Program-made: the position numbers and the translations under genes
From: Archaeoglobus fulgidus DSM 4304
GTDB lineage: Archaea > Halobacteriota > Archaeoglobi > Archaeoglobales > Archaeoglobaceae
DNA length: 32,000 nt
Assembly: GCF_000008665.1 (NCBI RefSeq)
Contig: NC_000917.1
Location: 1,530,001 to 1,562,000, forward strand
Reading direction: 5' to 3'
Notes under the pieces: generated by a model
The model's database searches: none
What the model saw: only the letters and a program-made list of their open reading frames with translations
Told to the model about the DNA's origin: nothing
Shown here: positions 1 through 8,642 of the stretch, piece by piece
Numbering within the stretch: position 1 is the stretch's first letter
How the letters are laid out: each line of letters starts with the position of its first letter

Positions 1-2117
1 AGCTCTGGCAGAAATAACGAGAACGGCTCTATCAATCGTATCCCTGTCGTAGCTCAGCTCAAAATCGAAAAATCTGAAGGCTTCATCCAATTTTTTCCTT
101 AACTCCTCCTTAAGCTCCTCTAATTCGTACGCTGCCCCCCTGATGTCCTCCTCCTCATACATCTCGAAGGCCTTCTTCAGAAACTTGAAGACTCCAACGT
201 AATCAACAACCAGCCCAGCTCCCTTGAGGTTCTCCCCATCCTTAACAAAAGGCCTGTTGGTTCTCGCTATCGCCTGCAGCAATCTGTGCTCCTTTAATGG
301 CTTGTCGAGGTAGAGGGTTTGCAGGATTGGAGCATCAAAGCCAGTGAGGAGCATATCCGTTACAATGAGTATTTTGGGATTCTCGTACTTTTTGAACCTC
401 GTTATAATTTCCTCGTGAATCTCTTTTAGCTCGCTTTTGCCGTATTTTTTCCTCAACTTTTCCAGATAGTCCAGCAGTTCCTTTGAATCGTTCTGCTGGA
501 AGGTCATCACGATTTCGGTTTCGTTTTCATTCAGGAATTTGTCCAAAGCCTGCTTGTAGTAAAGGCACGCGTTTCTGCTGACGGCAACAACCATCGCCTT
601 GAATGGTTTAACGAATTGGATGTAGTGGCTCGCTATATCCCTCGCTATCCTCTCAATCCTCTTCTTGTCCTCCAGAATAACTTTAACCTTGTTCAGCCTC
701 CTCTTCAGGTCCTGCTCCACCTTCTCTCTATACTCCTCAGGAATCTCCTCAAGCTTTGAGGAGAGGAAGATTTCCAGATTTTCCCTATCAAGGTGGACCT
801 CATCGAGCCTCGACTGGAAGGCAATCTTAACGGTATAGCCATCATCTATGGAGTCGAGGATGAAGTAGCGGTCGAGGTATGGCTCGTCTGGATAGCCAAA
901 GGCAAGGTAGGTATCTCTCCCCTTCTTTGCTATCGGCGTTCCGGTGAAGGCGAAGAAGCTTGCATTCTTCAGTATGCTCCTCATGCTTGCCGCAAGTTCC
1001 CCATATTGCGTGCGATGCCCCTCATCGATCAAGCAAACTACATCTCTCCTCTTCGCTATGCTCCAGTGCTGCTTCTCCATCTGCTCCCTCAGCTTCGCAA
1101 GCTCCTCCTCCCTGAACTTGTGTATGAGGGTTATGAAGAATCCCCGCTTGCCATCAGCATGGCTTAGAACCTCCTTGAGATGGTCAATACTCTCTATCAA
1201 CTCATAGCTTATTTTGAGGTTTTTCAGCTCATCTGAAAGCTGCTTCTGCAGCTCAACTCTATCAACTACGAAGAAGATTGAGGGATTTCCGATGAGGTCC
1301 CTTATCTTGAGGGCTGAGAAAATCATGGTCAGCGTTTTGCCCGTTCCCTGCCAGTGCCAGATTAGGCCTTTGTTCCTCTCCTCAAAGCCCTTAGCCCAGC
1401 CAACTGCCCTCTCAACGATGGAGTTAACTGCTCTGTACTGCATGTATCTCGGCAGAACCTTTGTTATCTCCCCATCCTGCTCTCTGTAAATGGTGAAGTA
1501 GCGGATGAGGTCCAAGAAAATCTCAGGCTTCAGGATGTCGAACTGAGGTTTCCACTCGTAAACCGGAACGCTCTCCTCCCACCTCACGATGGGAAAGTAA
1601 ACGAGCCTGTCAGCGAAGCTGAAACCAATCTGAACATACTTGAAAAGCTCTGGGGCTGATTGCTCATACCTCTTTATCTGAGCATAGCCTTCCTTCCAGC
1701 TTTTGGCCATCTTCTTGCACTCAATGATGGCGAGGGGGATGCCGTTAACAAAGAGGGTGATGTCCGGGATGATGTCGGCGAAGCTAACCTGCCTTGAGAA
1801 GACGAGGCTGTTGGCTTCAGGGTTTGCGTAATCTATCAGCTTTATGGTCTTAAGGATGCCTTCTGAATCCTTTATTGTTACTCCCTTCTTTATCGCATCC
1901 AGAATTTGCATTGAGCCCTCAACGTCAAAGGAGCGGGTTTCGAGGTAGTTCAAAACCTCCTTGATATCCTCATCATCCACATCGTTCAGCCTTTTTAATG
2001 CAGCCTTAAATTCGGTTAAGTCGAGAATGTCAGGGCTGAGTTTCCTCTCCTCCCAGCCGAAGGATTTGAGAATCTCCGAAAGGTAGTCTTCGGATTGCTC
2101 TTTCTCTTTCTTCACCG
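1..2117 (-). CDS. hsdR: Type I restriction enzyme R subunit (HsdR), partial: the C-terminal end runs off the left edge of the window
   Basis: Manual minus-strand translation is open from a GTG at 2117 (in-frame stop at 2160-2162) to the window edge: VKKEKEQSEDYLSEILKSFGWEERKLSPDIL...PLAIIECKKMAKSWKEGYAQIKRYEQ...GLIWHWQGTGKTLTMIFSA...VVCLIDEGHRTQYG...FTGTPIAKK...LLTGFDAPILQTLYLDKPLKEHRLLQAIARTNRP. This shows a Walker A motif (GTGKT), a DEGH box and the HsdR helicase core. It is absent from the ORF track, probably because it is open at the edge. Confidence 0.93.
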
Positions 2118-2236
2118 AAATTAGTTTAATTTGGAGGGATAAAATTGTTTCGAAAGGTCAGAGAATTTTGCTGATAGCTTTGTAAATGTCCCACACCTCT
2201 ATTATACCAGCCTTCTTGATGAGGTCAAAGAGTAAG

Positions 2237-3151
2237 TTATATTTCATATACCAATAAATTCGCTACTTCATCCAATAACTTAACGATTTCATTAAAATAC
2301 TGAACTATTCCTAAATTTTCATCATATTTTTCAGGTGGCAATGTTTTGTTTGGATATCTGGCGAATGTGGCATGAGGATAGGTTATTATAGATAGCATAT
2401 AAAGCACAAGAAAGGTCGAACTCAGTTTTAATAACGTCTCCAGATTATTTAGGACTCTATCAACACTATCAATTAATTTTTCCAGAATAAATTTCTCGGA
2501 TGGATCCGAACTCTTTATTTCGCTTGCTTCATTCTTTAATTTGGAGAGTAACCCCAATATCTGGTTTTTAATTTCTTTATTCTCCAAGGCAATTTTTATT
2601 TTAATTGTGGCATTTATAATTCCTTTTATCTGATTTGAATCCATTTCTGCGATCTGTTTTCTACTCATATTTACAATTCTCACCAATTTGCGTATATCTT
2701 CATCTGAAATTTTTAGAAATTGTGTATCCAATCCGCCAATTTTTTGAATACTTTTTAAAAACAATTCTAATGATCTTTTGTACCTATCGAGAAGTCTAAT
2801 AAACGCTTTTGGCGAATCGTGCCCAACATAACCTTTCATCTCTTTTTTGCTCAATCCAAAAAACGCTAAAACATAAGCTTTAACATATTTCTCCACAGCT
2901 TGTTGTAAGTGGTACACAGCTAAAGAGTAAATTTTGGATTGATACAAAATCTTAACGGATTCAAAATCCTGTAGTGCCATTTTAACGAAGCTTTTTGCTT
3001 CAGATGATCTTCTCTCTTGCTCTTTCTTATCAATTTCATAAAATTTTGAAAATTCTGAAACAGCTTTAAGAAATTCTATTGAGTCCTTTTCGGATGATAA
3101 AATGGAAAATAAGCGTTCTATAATTTCCTCCGTGTTTCCTTTTTTATTCAT
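2237..3151 (-). CDS. HEPN-domain protein (PF05168-like) encoded between hsdS and hsdR
   Basis: 304 aa. Contains '[36 protein letters not shown]', typical of HEPN helices, and a C-terminal '[16 protein letters not shown]...[12 protein letters not shown]' segment like HEPN helix 4. The start overlaps the hsdS 3' end by 8 nt. Confidence 0.75.
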   Translation of the reverse strand: MNKKGNTEEIIERLFSILSSEKDSIEFLKAVSEFSKFYEIDKKEQERRSSEAKSFVKMALQDFESVKILYQSKIYSLAVYHLQQAVEKYVKAYVLAFFGLSKKEMKGYVGHDSPKAFIRLLDRYKRSLELFLKSIQKIGGLDTQFLKISDEDIRKLVRIVNMSRKQIAEMDSNQIKGIINATIKIKIALENKEIKNQILGLLSKLKNEASEIKSSDPSEKFILEKLIDSVDRVLNNLETLLKLSSTFLVLYMLSIITYPHATFARYPNKTLPPEKYDENLGIVQYFNEIVKLLDEVANLLVYEI

Positions 3152-4418
3152 TTGCTTTCACCCTAACCCTCCTCCTTCCAGTCAGCAAATCGTTCATCAA
3201 ACCCTTCTTAATCCTCTCAAGCTTTTCCTTTCGTTTCCTTTCGAGTTCGAGCTTTTTGTCCACTGTTGAAAGAATTTCAGCGATTTTTTGCTGTTCTGGG
3301 AGAGGTGGGAGTGGGATTTTAAACTTTTTCAAGTTTGTTGCATTGATATTTGCTTGATGAACTGCAACAGTTGCCAATTGCTTAAGCCTACTCTGTGAAA
3401 ATATAAGGTAGAACGTTAGGAAATGAGGATGCAAAATTTCATGCTTAGGCCTCAATCTAATCAGATAAGAAGCAAAAACATAATAACCATCCAATAAAAA
3501 TATACCTGTCCTCCCAACAAGTTCTAAACTATTTGTGCGGTTGAATAAAACATCTCCTTTTTCTAATTTGAAATTCTTGAACGTTTCTTCATCAAGATCT
3601 GCATACTTGGCAATATCTGTAACAACATACCCATTTACAATTTCATCCATTCTAATAACTGGATATTTACCCTTATCCTTCAGCGGAACTGATAACCCAT
3701 ACTGGCACAATTCCAAAACATCCCCAAGCCTAACAACCTCCCACTCCTTCGGAATCCTCCCGATTTCGGTATCTTTAAACTCCTTGTGCCCTATCCCTTT
3801 GGTGAGAAGCTCCTGCATCAGGCCCTTCTTCAGCCTTTCAGTCTTCGCTATGGCTTCGTCAACCTTTTCTATGGCTTTATCAACCGTGCTGAGAATTTCG
3901 GCGATTTTTTGCTGTTCTGGGAGCGGAAGTAGTGGAATTAGTAATTCCTCAAGAGACTTTTTCGGCAATTCTTTAAAGGTGCTTCCACCACTTAATTGTT
4001 CGAGTTTCCGTTTAATCAATAGCAAGTAATAGCAATAAAACTCTGTGTTAATTTCTGAAGATTTTGGAATTAAACCTTTGCAGCCTTGGTTAAATGTAGT
4101 GTCCTCATCTACGATAGCAACATAACCGACTGGCGCACGGGTTGAGACAATAATCGAGCCTTTAGGCAATAATGTAAGGTTGTAATCTCTTAATGCTTTC
4201 TCAGTTATTTTTCTTTCTGAAACGGAAATATGTGTTCTCCCATTTAGTTTACTTAAATCAGTTGGAGTTAGCCAATTAATTGTTCCGTTTTCCCAATATT
4301 CTTCTTTTTTTGTAGATGGTGTCGTTCCCGTTTCAACATTGAAAATGTCCCCAAGCCTAACAACCTCCCAATCCTCAGGAATCCTCCCGATTGGTGTTTC
4401 CTTGTATCTGGATGCTAT
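3144..4418 (-). CDS. hsdS: Type I restriction enzyme specificity subunit (HsdS), two target-recognition halves; N-terminus extended beyond the ORF-track start at 4169
   Basis: The repeated signatures '[17 protein letters not shown]' / '[17 protein letters not shown]' and '[21 protein letters not shown]...LKKGLM' are typical of duplicated HsdS halves. The frame is open upstream of 4169 to about 4418 ([59 protein letters not shown]...[20 protein letters not shown]). No ATG/GTG/TTG occurs in frame there. An ATA at 4416-4418 lies behind a GGAGGGG motif. Confidence 0.88.
   Translation of the reverse strand: MASRYKETPIGRIPEDWEVVRLGDIFNVETGTTPSTKKEEYWENGTINWLTPTDLSKLNGRTHISVSERKITEKALRDYNLTLLPKGSIIVSTRAPVGYVAIVDEDTTFNQGCKGLIPKSSEINTEFYCYYLLLIKRKLEQLSGGSTFKELPKKSLEELLIPLLPLPEQQKIAEILSTVDKAIEKVDEAIAKTERLKKGLMQELLTKGIGHKEFKDTEIGRIPKEWEVVRLGDVLELCQYGLSVPLKDKGKYPVIRMDEIVNGYVVTDIAKYADLDEETFKNFKLEKGDVLFNRTNSLELVGRTGIFLLDGYYVFASYLIRLRPKHEILHPHFLTFYLIFSQSRLKQLATVAVHQANINATNLKKFKIPLPPLPEQQKIAEILSTVDKKLELERKRKEKLERIKKGLMNDLLTGRRRVRVKANE
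3278..3302. repeat. Copy 1 of internal hsdS direct repeat (gcgattttttgctgttctgggag)
   Basis: 23-nt run identical to 3901-3923, encoding the PEQQKIAEI conserved region of each HsdS half. Confidence 0.8.
3721..3766. repeat. Second hsdS direct repeat pair, copy 1
   Basis: tccccaagcctaacaacctccca is identical (23 nt) to the copy starting at 4348, followed by near-identical tcct..ggaatcctcccgatt. Encodes (I/P)[14 protein letters not shown]. Confidence 0.8.
3901..3923. repeat. Copy 2 of internal hsdS direct repeat
   Basis: Identical 23-nt run, as above. Confidence 0.8.
4348..4393. repeat. Second hsdS direct repeat pair, copy 2
   Basis: See the copy at 3721. Confidence 0.8.
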
Positions 4419-4420
4419 GT

Positions 4421-4864
4421 TTACCCCTCCCCTTTCAGCTTTCCAATCGCCTCTAAGGCTTTTTCAAGTTCATCGAGCAAACAGTATGCCTCAATCCCAT
4501 ATTTCTTGCCATTCCTTACCATTAATCTATCTGATGATATCAGGATGGAGTTCGTTAATCTGGCGGTGGCTATGAAATATGAGTCCGCAGCCCTTGGATG
4601 AACTTTTTCAGCGACATTTAAAGCCTCATCAAACACGAAATCCTCTGAAAGAATCTCGAAATCATATGTAAGTTCCTCAATATCCTTTCTCGAAATCTCA
4701 ATCCCAAGCCTTTTAGCTACTGAAATCAGCTCAATAACGAAGATTTTCGGAACAAATACAGTCAATCCCTCAATGGAATTCAAAAACTTCCTCGCTTTTT
4801 CATTTCTATTCTCATCCCTATCAAAAAGATAATCGACAAAAATCGATGTATCAATAACGATCAT
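4421..4864 (-). CDS. PIN-domain ribonuclease toxin (VapC-like)
   Basis: 147 aa, '[20 protein letters not shown]...[13 protein letters not shown]...[26 protein letters not shown]'. Acidic PIN-domain residues are present. Overlaps the upstream DUF104 antitoxin ORF by 14 nt. Confidence 0.88.
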
Positions 4865-5066
4865 CCCTGATCTCCTCTAATTCTCGATGAGCTCCCTCAA
4901 CTCTCTCAATTCTCTTCTCAAGCTCCCTGAGTTTTGCGTAAAATCTTCCTGTCACCTTTTTTGTTTCCCTTATCTCCACCTTAACAATCTCCCCCTCTCT
5001 AAGGCTAACTTTCCTGAGGGGCTTAAGAACTCCCTTCTGGTAAACAGCCTCGATAATCTCTCCCAT
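4851..5066 (-). CDS. DUF104/UPF0165-family antitoxin (VapB-like)
   Basis: '[32 protein letters not shown]' is the typical DUF104 antitoxin N-terminus. The ORF track starts at 5075; the ATG at 5066 fits the family better. Overlaps the PIN toxin gene. Confidence 0.85.
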
Positions 5067-5097
5067 TTGAAACACCTTTTCTTCGTATTCTAATATC

Positions 5098-5187
5098 TTA
5101 AAACCAATAAAAACTTAACTTTTCCTCACTCAAAAACTCCTTAATCGATTTTGCGACTTTTGGGTGAACTATAATTTCATAACTCAT
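5098..5187 (-). pseudogene. Truncated RelE-like toxin remnant (29 codons)
   Basis: ATG at 5185-5187 overlaps the TGA of the upstream antitoxin (ATGA). Translation is [29 protein letters not shown], resembling the RelE/ParE N-terminus (MxYxIxxxPxAxKxLxxL) followed by an abrupt stop. Too short to be in the ORF track. Confidence 0.55.
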
Positions 5188-5405
5188 AGGCCGAGTTCAG
5201 CTTTAAGCTTCTCCCATGGAATTCCGTTCTTTTTCGTCTCTTCAACAAGCCTGTCAAGCTCCTTGGCCTCTTCCTCGCTGATTTCCTCTTCCTGTATCAT
5301 TCCAGCCTCAAGAAGTTCGATTTTACTGCTTAACTTCTTCAACTCCTCTCTTATGATTTTCAACTCATCATAAATTGCCTTTAAAAGCTCAGTATCACCA
5401 CTCAT
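5184..5405 (-). CDS. RelB-like antitoxin (small coiled-coil protein)
   Basis: 73 aa, 'MSGDTELLKAIYDELKIIREELKKLSSKIELLEAGMIQEEEISEEEAKELDRLVEETKKNGIPWEKLKAELGL'. Translationally coupled (ATGA) to a RelE-like 5' fragment. Confidence 0.6.
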   Translation of the reverse strand: MSGDTELLKAIYDELKIIREELKKLSSKIELLEAGMIQEEEISEEEAKELDRLVEETKKNGIPWEKLKAELGL

Positions 5406-5465
5406 TGAATTTTAATAAGCACGAGAAAATTTAAAGGTTTGCTGGAGTGGTCAGAAGCAGATTTA

Positions 5466-5648
5466 TCAAACTAAATCCCTTTTTAGCTCCATCCACGACT
5501 TATCTGTCTTAATCACTCCCTTTAGCTCATTCATCAGTTCAAAGAACCTGTCCCTCTCATTGAAGAATTTGGCAGTTTCCTCAACTGCTTTTCTAAACGC
5601 CTTTTCGGCGTTATCTGGAACGGATACTTTAATCGTAACCTCCCCCAT
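5466..5648 (-). CDS. Orphan VapB-like antitoxin
   Basis: 60 aa, 'MGEVTIKVSVPDNAEKAFRKAVEETAKFF...GVIKTDKSWMELKRDLV'. The GVIKTDKSWxELK tail is common in archaeal VapB antitoxins. No toxin ORF follows it. Confidence 0.55.
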   Translation of the reverse strand: MGEVTIKVSVPDNAEKAFRKAVEETAKFFNERDRFFELMNELKGVIKTDKSWMELKRDLV

Positions 5649-5729
5649 GTATTTGGGTTGGTTTGAGATGTTAAATAACTTACTCCTATTTTCATAGCTC
5701 CCAATCTTCAGGCAGATTGATCGAGCATA

Positions 5730-7255
5730 TTATCCTCGCCCAAACCCCAACTCAGCAAGATACTCCTCTATCCTCCTCTCCACCTCATCAATCTCCCTCT
5801 CAATCCCCCTGAGCTCCTCCCACTCCTTGGCAACATCAATCTCCTCAACTTCCTCCTGCGGGAAGACATAAAGCGTAACGTTCAGGTTGTAGTCGTTCTT
5901 TCTCACTTCCTCGACATCAACAACCCTGCAGAATCCATCTCCATCCTTGAACTCCCTGTAAGCGCTGACTATCTTCTCAATATGCTTCTCTCCAAGCCTG
6001 TTCAGCTTCCTAACCTCAGGATGCTTCTCGTATTCGTTGCTTGCGTTAATAAACAGAATCTTTCCCTTCCTGCTCTCTGGCTTCTGCTTGTTGAAGATTA
6101 TAATCGCTCCCGGAGCTCCCGTGTTGTAGAAGAGCTTTTCAGGGAGCAGAATTACGCACTCGATTAAATCATCCTCAACCACAGCTTTCCTTATCGCCCC
6201 CTCCTTTCCTCCTCTGAAAAGGCACCCGTTATCGATTACAACACCAACCTTCTTTTTTGCCGATGCAAGCATGTGCTGAATCCACGCCCAGTCGGCTGAT
6301 TGCTTTGGAGTAAAGCCGTACCTGAACCTCTCATCGTAGAACTCAGCCTTTTTCAGCTCCTCCTCGCCATACCCATCCTGATTCCATGGTGGATTTGCAA
6401 TAACTATATCGAATTTTCTGAACGTCTCTCCTTCCTTAAACCTCGGATTTTTCAGCGTGTCGCCAACAACGAGGTTTATGTCCTTTATTCCGTGAACGAT
6501 GGCGTTCATCTTGGCTATGGCGTAGGTTGTTGGATTAACCTCCTGCCCGTAAAGGAATAGCTTCCTCACCTCCTCCTCGCCGTATTTCTCCTTAACGTAA
6601 TCGTAGGCCCTTATCAGCATCCTCGCATAGCCAGCAGCGGGATCATAAACGCTATCCATCGGCTTTGGATCAACAATTCTGACGATGAGCTCAACAACCT
6701 CCGAAGGGGTGAAAACCTCCCCCTCTTTGGCCTTCTGTGGGGCGAAGTAGCCGATAAGCCACTCGTAAGCGTCACCAAGAATGCTATCACTCGCCCTTCC
6801 CAGATTCAGTCCGCTGAAAAGCTCAAAAAGCTGGACGAGAATGTCGAAGTTGTCCCTTGCCTCGTGAACTCAAGAAAGTCCAGCCTGTCCACAACTCCTT
6901 GCAACTCAGGATTTTTCTCGGCGAGCAGCTTTAAAGCCTCAGAAAGCCTTACAGGCAGCTCATTAACGTTCTTCCTCAGCTCCTCCCAAGTGTATTTTTC
7001 AGGATAGTCAAATTTGTGGAAGGATCTGTCCTTTGCGAGGATTTTTGCCTCCTCCTCATCAACTCCTTTCTCCATTAAGGTTTTGAGAGCCTCCCTGTAC
7101 TCTCGCTTCCACTCATCGCTCAGCTTTTTAAGGAAGAGAAGGACGAGAATGTACTTGTAATCAACCCTCGTCCTAATCAGATCAGCAGCCTGCTTGCAGG
7201 CCCTTATTAGCTCGTCTTTCGTTGTTTCAATTTCGACGTAATCGGCAAGGGTCAT
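5730..7255 (-). pseudogene. hsdM: Type I DNA methyltransferase M subunit (HsdM), interrupted by a frameshift near 6854-6856
   Basis: The N-terminal part is ORF 6806..7255 (MTLADYVEIETTKDELIRACKQAADLIRTRVDYKYILVLLFLKKLSD...). The rest is the other frame, open from about 6857 to 5730 (DNFDILVQLFELFSGLNLGRASDSILGDAYEWLIGYFAPQKAKEGEVFTPSEVVELIVRIVDPKPMDSVYDPAAGYARML...FDIVIANPPWNQDGYG...). Contains the SAM-binding region and the NPPW catalytic motif. Confidence 0.88.
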
Positions 7256-7495
7256 TGTTTGCGGTGGGTTTAGGCAAATATTATCTTTTCCTTTTGCGAA
7301 ATTAAAGCTAAAAAATGTGAACTCTGCTTAAAACAGTTGAAGGGAAACAATATTTGACAAGATTTTGAACGATATGCCCGTAGCTGCCAAAGGTGAACGT
7401 TCCAATGCACTTTTTTGAGTTGGAATCTGAACACTGCTCCTCCACACAATTGAAATTATTCATAGCCAGCAGAATTTAGCATTTCAAAACAAAAA

Positions 7496-7568
7496 TGGGC
7501 TCGGCCGGATTCGAACCGGCGATCTCCGCCTTGTAAGGGCGACGTCATAACCGCTAGACCACGAGCCC
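7496..7568 (-). tRNA. tRNA-Val (anticodon UAC)
   Basis: The 73-nt reverse complement GGGCTCGTGGTCTAGCGGTTATGACGTCGCCCTTACAAGGCGGAGATCGCCGGTTCGAATCCGGCCGAGCCCA folds as a cloverleaf. The acceptor is GGGCTCG/CGAGCCC, the anticodon stem-loop TCGCC-CTTACAA-GGCGG, and the T arm GCCGG-TTCGAAT-CCGGC. CCA is not encoded. Confidence 0.95.
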
Positions 7569-7588
7569 TTGGAGTGGTTCTGACGAAT

Positions 7589-7600
7589 TTGTTATTAAGC
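7589..7600 (-). promoter_or_regulatory. Putative TATA element for tRNA-Val
   Basis: The minus strand reads GCTTAATAACAA, centred about 27-28 nt upstream of the tRNA 5' end, as expected for an archaeal TBP site. Confidence 0.4.
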
Positions 7601-7706
7601 TTAACGCCTACCTCTGCAGTATCGGCAATCCAATACATTTCGCAATCAGCGAAATTTAAATCTTATTTCTTCCTTCTTACCGGAAGTTTTATAAGGGAAA
7701 GAGTTT

Positions 7707-8642
7707 ATGCTTGATATGCCAATCGACCCTGTTTACTACCAGCTTGCTGAGTATTTCGACAGTCTGCCGAAGTTCGACCAGTTTTCCTCGGCCAGAGAGT
7801 ACAGGGAGGCGATAAATCGAATATACGAGGAGAGAAACCGGCAGCTGAGCCAGCATGAGAGGGTTGAAAGAGTTGAGGACAGGACGATTAAGGGGAGGAA
7901 CGGAGACATCAGAGTCAGAGTTTACCAGCAGAAGCCCGATTCCCCGGTTCTGGTTTACTATCACGGTGGTGGATTTGTGATTTGCAGCATCGAGTCGCAC
8001 GACGCCTTATGCAGGAGAATTGCGAGACTTTCAAACTCTACCGTAGTCTCCGTGGATTACAGGCTCGCTCCTGAGCACAAGTTTCCCGCCGCAGTTTATG
8101 ATTGCTACGATGCGACCAAGTGGGTTGCTGAGAACGCCGAGGAGCTGAGGATTGACCCGTCAAAAATCTTCGTTGGGGGGGACAGTGCGGGAGGGAATCT
8201 TGCCGCGGCGGTTTCAATAATGGCGAGAGACAGCGGAGAAGATTTCATAAAGCATCAAATTCTAATTTACCCCGTTGTGAACTTTGTAGCCCCCACACCA
8301 TCGCTTCTGGAGTTTGGAGAGGGGCTGTGGATTCTCGACCAGAAGATAATGAGTTGGTTCTCGGAGCAGTACTTCTCCAGAGAGGAAGATAAGTTCAACC
8401 CCCTCGCCTCCGTAATCTTTGCGGACCTTGAGAACCTACCTCCTGCGCTGATCATAACCGCCGAATACGACCCGCTGAGAGATGAAGGAGAAGTTTTCGG
8501 GCAGATGCTGAGAAGAGCCGGTGTTGAGGCGAGCATCGTCAGATACAGAGGCGTGCTTCACGGATTCATCAATTACTATCCCGTGCTGAAGGCTGCGAGG
8601 GATGCGATAAACCAGATTGCCGCTCTTCTTGTGTTCGACTAG
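7707..8642 (+). CDS. Carboxylesterase, hormone-sensitive lipase (HSL) family alpha/beta hydrolase
   Basis: 311 aa with an HGGG oxyanion motif (VYYHGGGFVICS), nucleophile GDSAGGN, catalytic Asp region (ITAEYDPLRDEG) and catalytic His (LHGFINYYP). Closely resembles the characterised A. fulgidus esterase AFEST. Confidence 0.95.
   Translation: MLDMPIDPVYYQLAEYFDSLPKFDQFSSAREYREAINRIYEERNRQLSQHERVERVEDRTIKGRNGDIRVRVYQQKPDSPVLVYYHGGGFVICSIESHDALCRRIARLSNSTVVSVDYRLAPEHKFPAAVYDCYDATKWVAENAEELRIDPSKIFVGGDSAGGNLAAAVSIMARDSGEDFIKHQILIYPVVNFVAPTPSLLEFGEGLWILDQKIMSWFSEQYFSREEDKFNPLASVIFADLENLPPALIITAEYDPLRDEGEVFGQMLRRAGVEASIVRYRGVLHGFINYYPVLKAARDAINQIAALLVFD

Noticed and set aside
793-1489. Plus-strand ORFs 793..1167, 944..1207 and 1214..1489
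   Set aside because: They are antisense shadows of the clearly coding minus-strand hsdR frame and show no family signatures.
3535-4029. Plus-strand ORF of 164 aa, and 4339..4575 (+)
   Set aside because: Antisense to hsdS; low-complexity Ser/Leu-rich translation typical of shadow ORFs.
4887-5373. Plus-strand ORFs 4887..5093 and 5164..5373
   Set aside because: Antisense to the DUF104 antitoxin and the RelB/RelE region; the minus-strand frames have recognisable family features.
5982-6560. Plus-strand ORFs 5982..6167 and 6300..6560
   Set aside because: Antisense to the second reading frame of hsdM, which carries the methyltransferase motifs.
7456-7638. Minus-strand 60-aa ORF
   Set aside because: It runs through the tRNA-Val gene and has no protein similarity I recognise.
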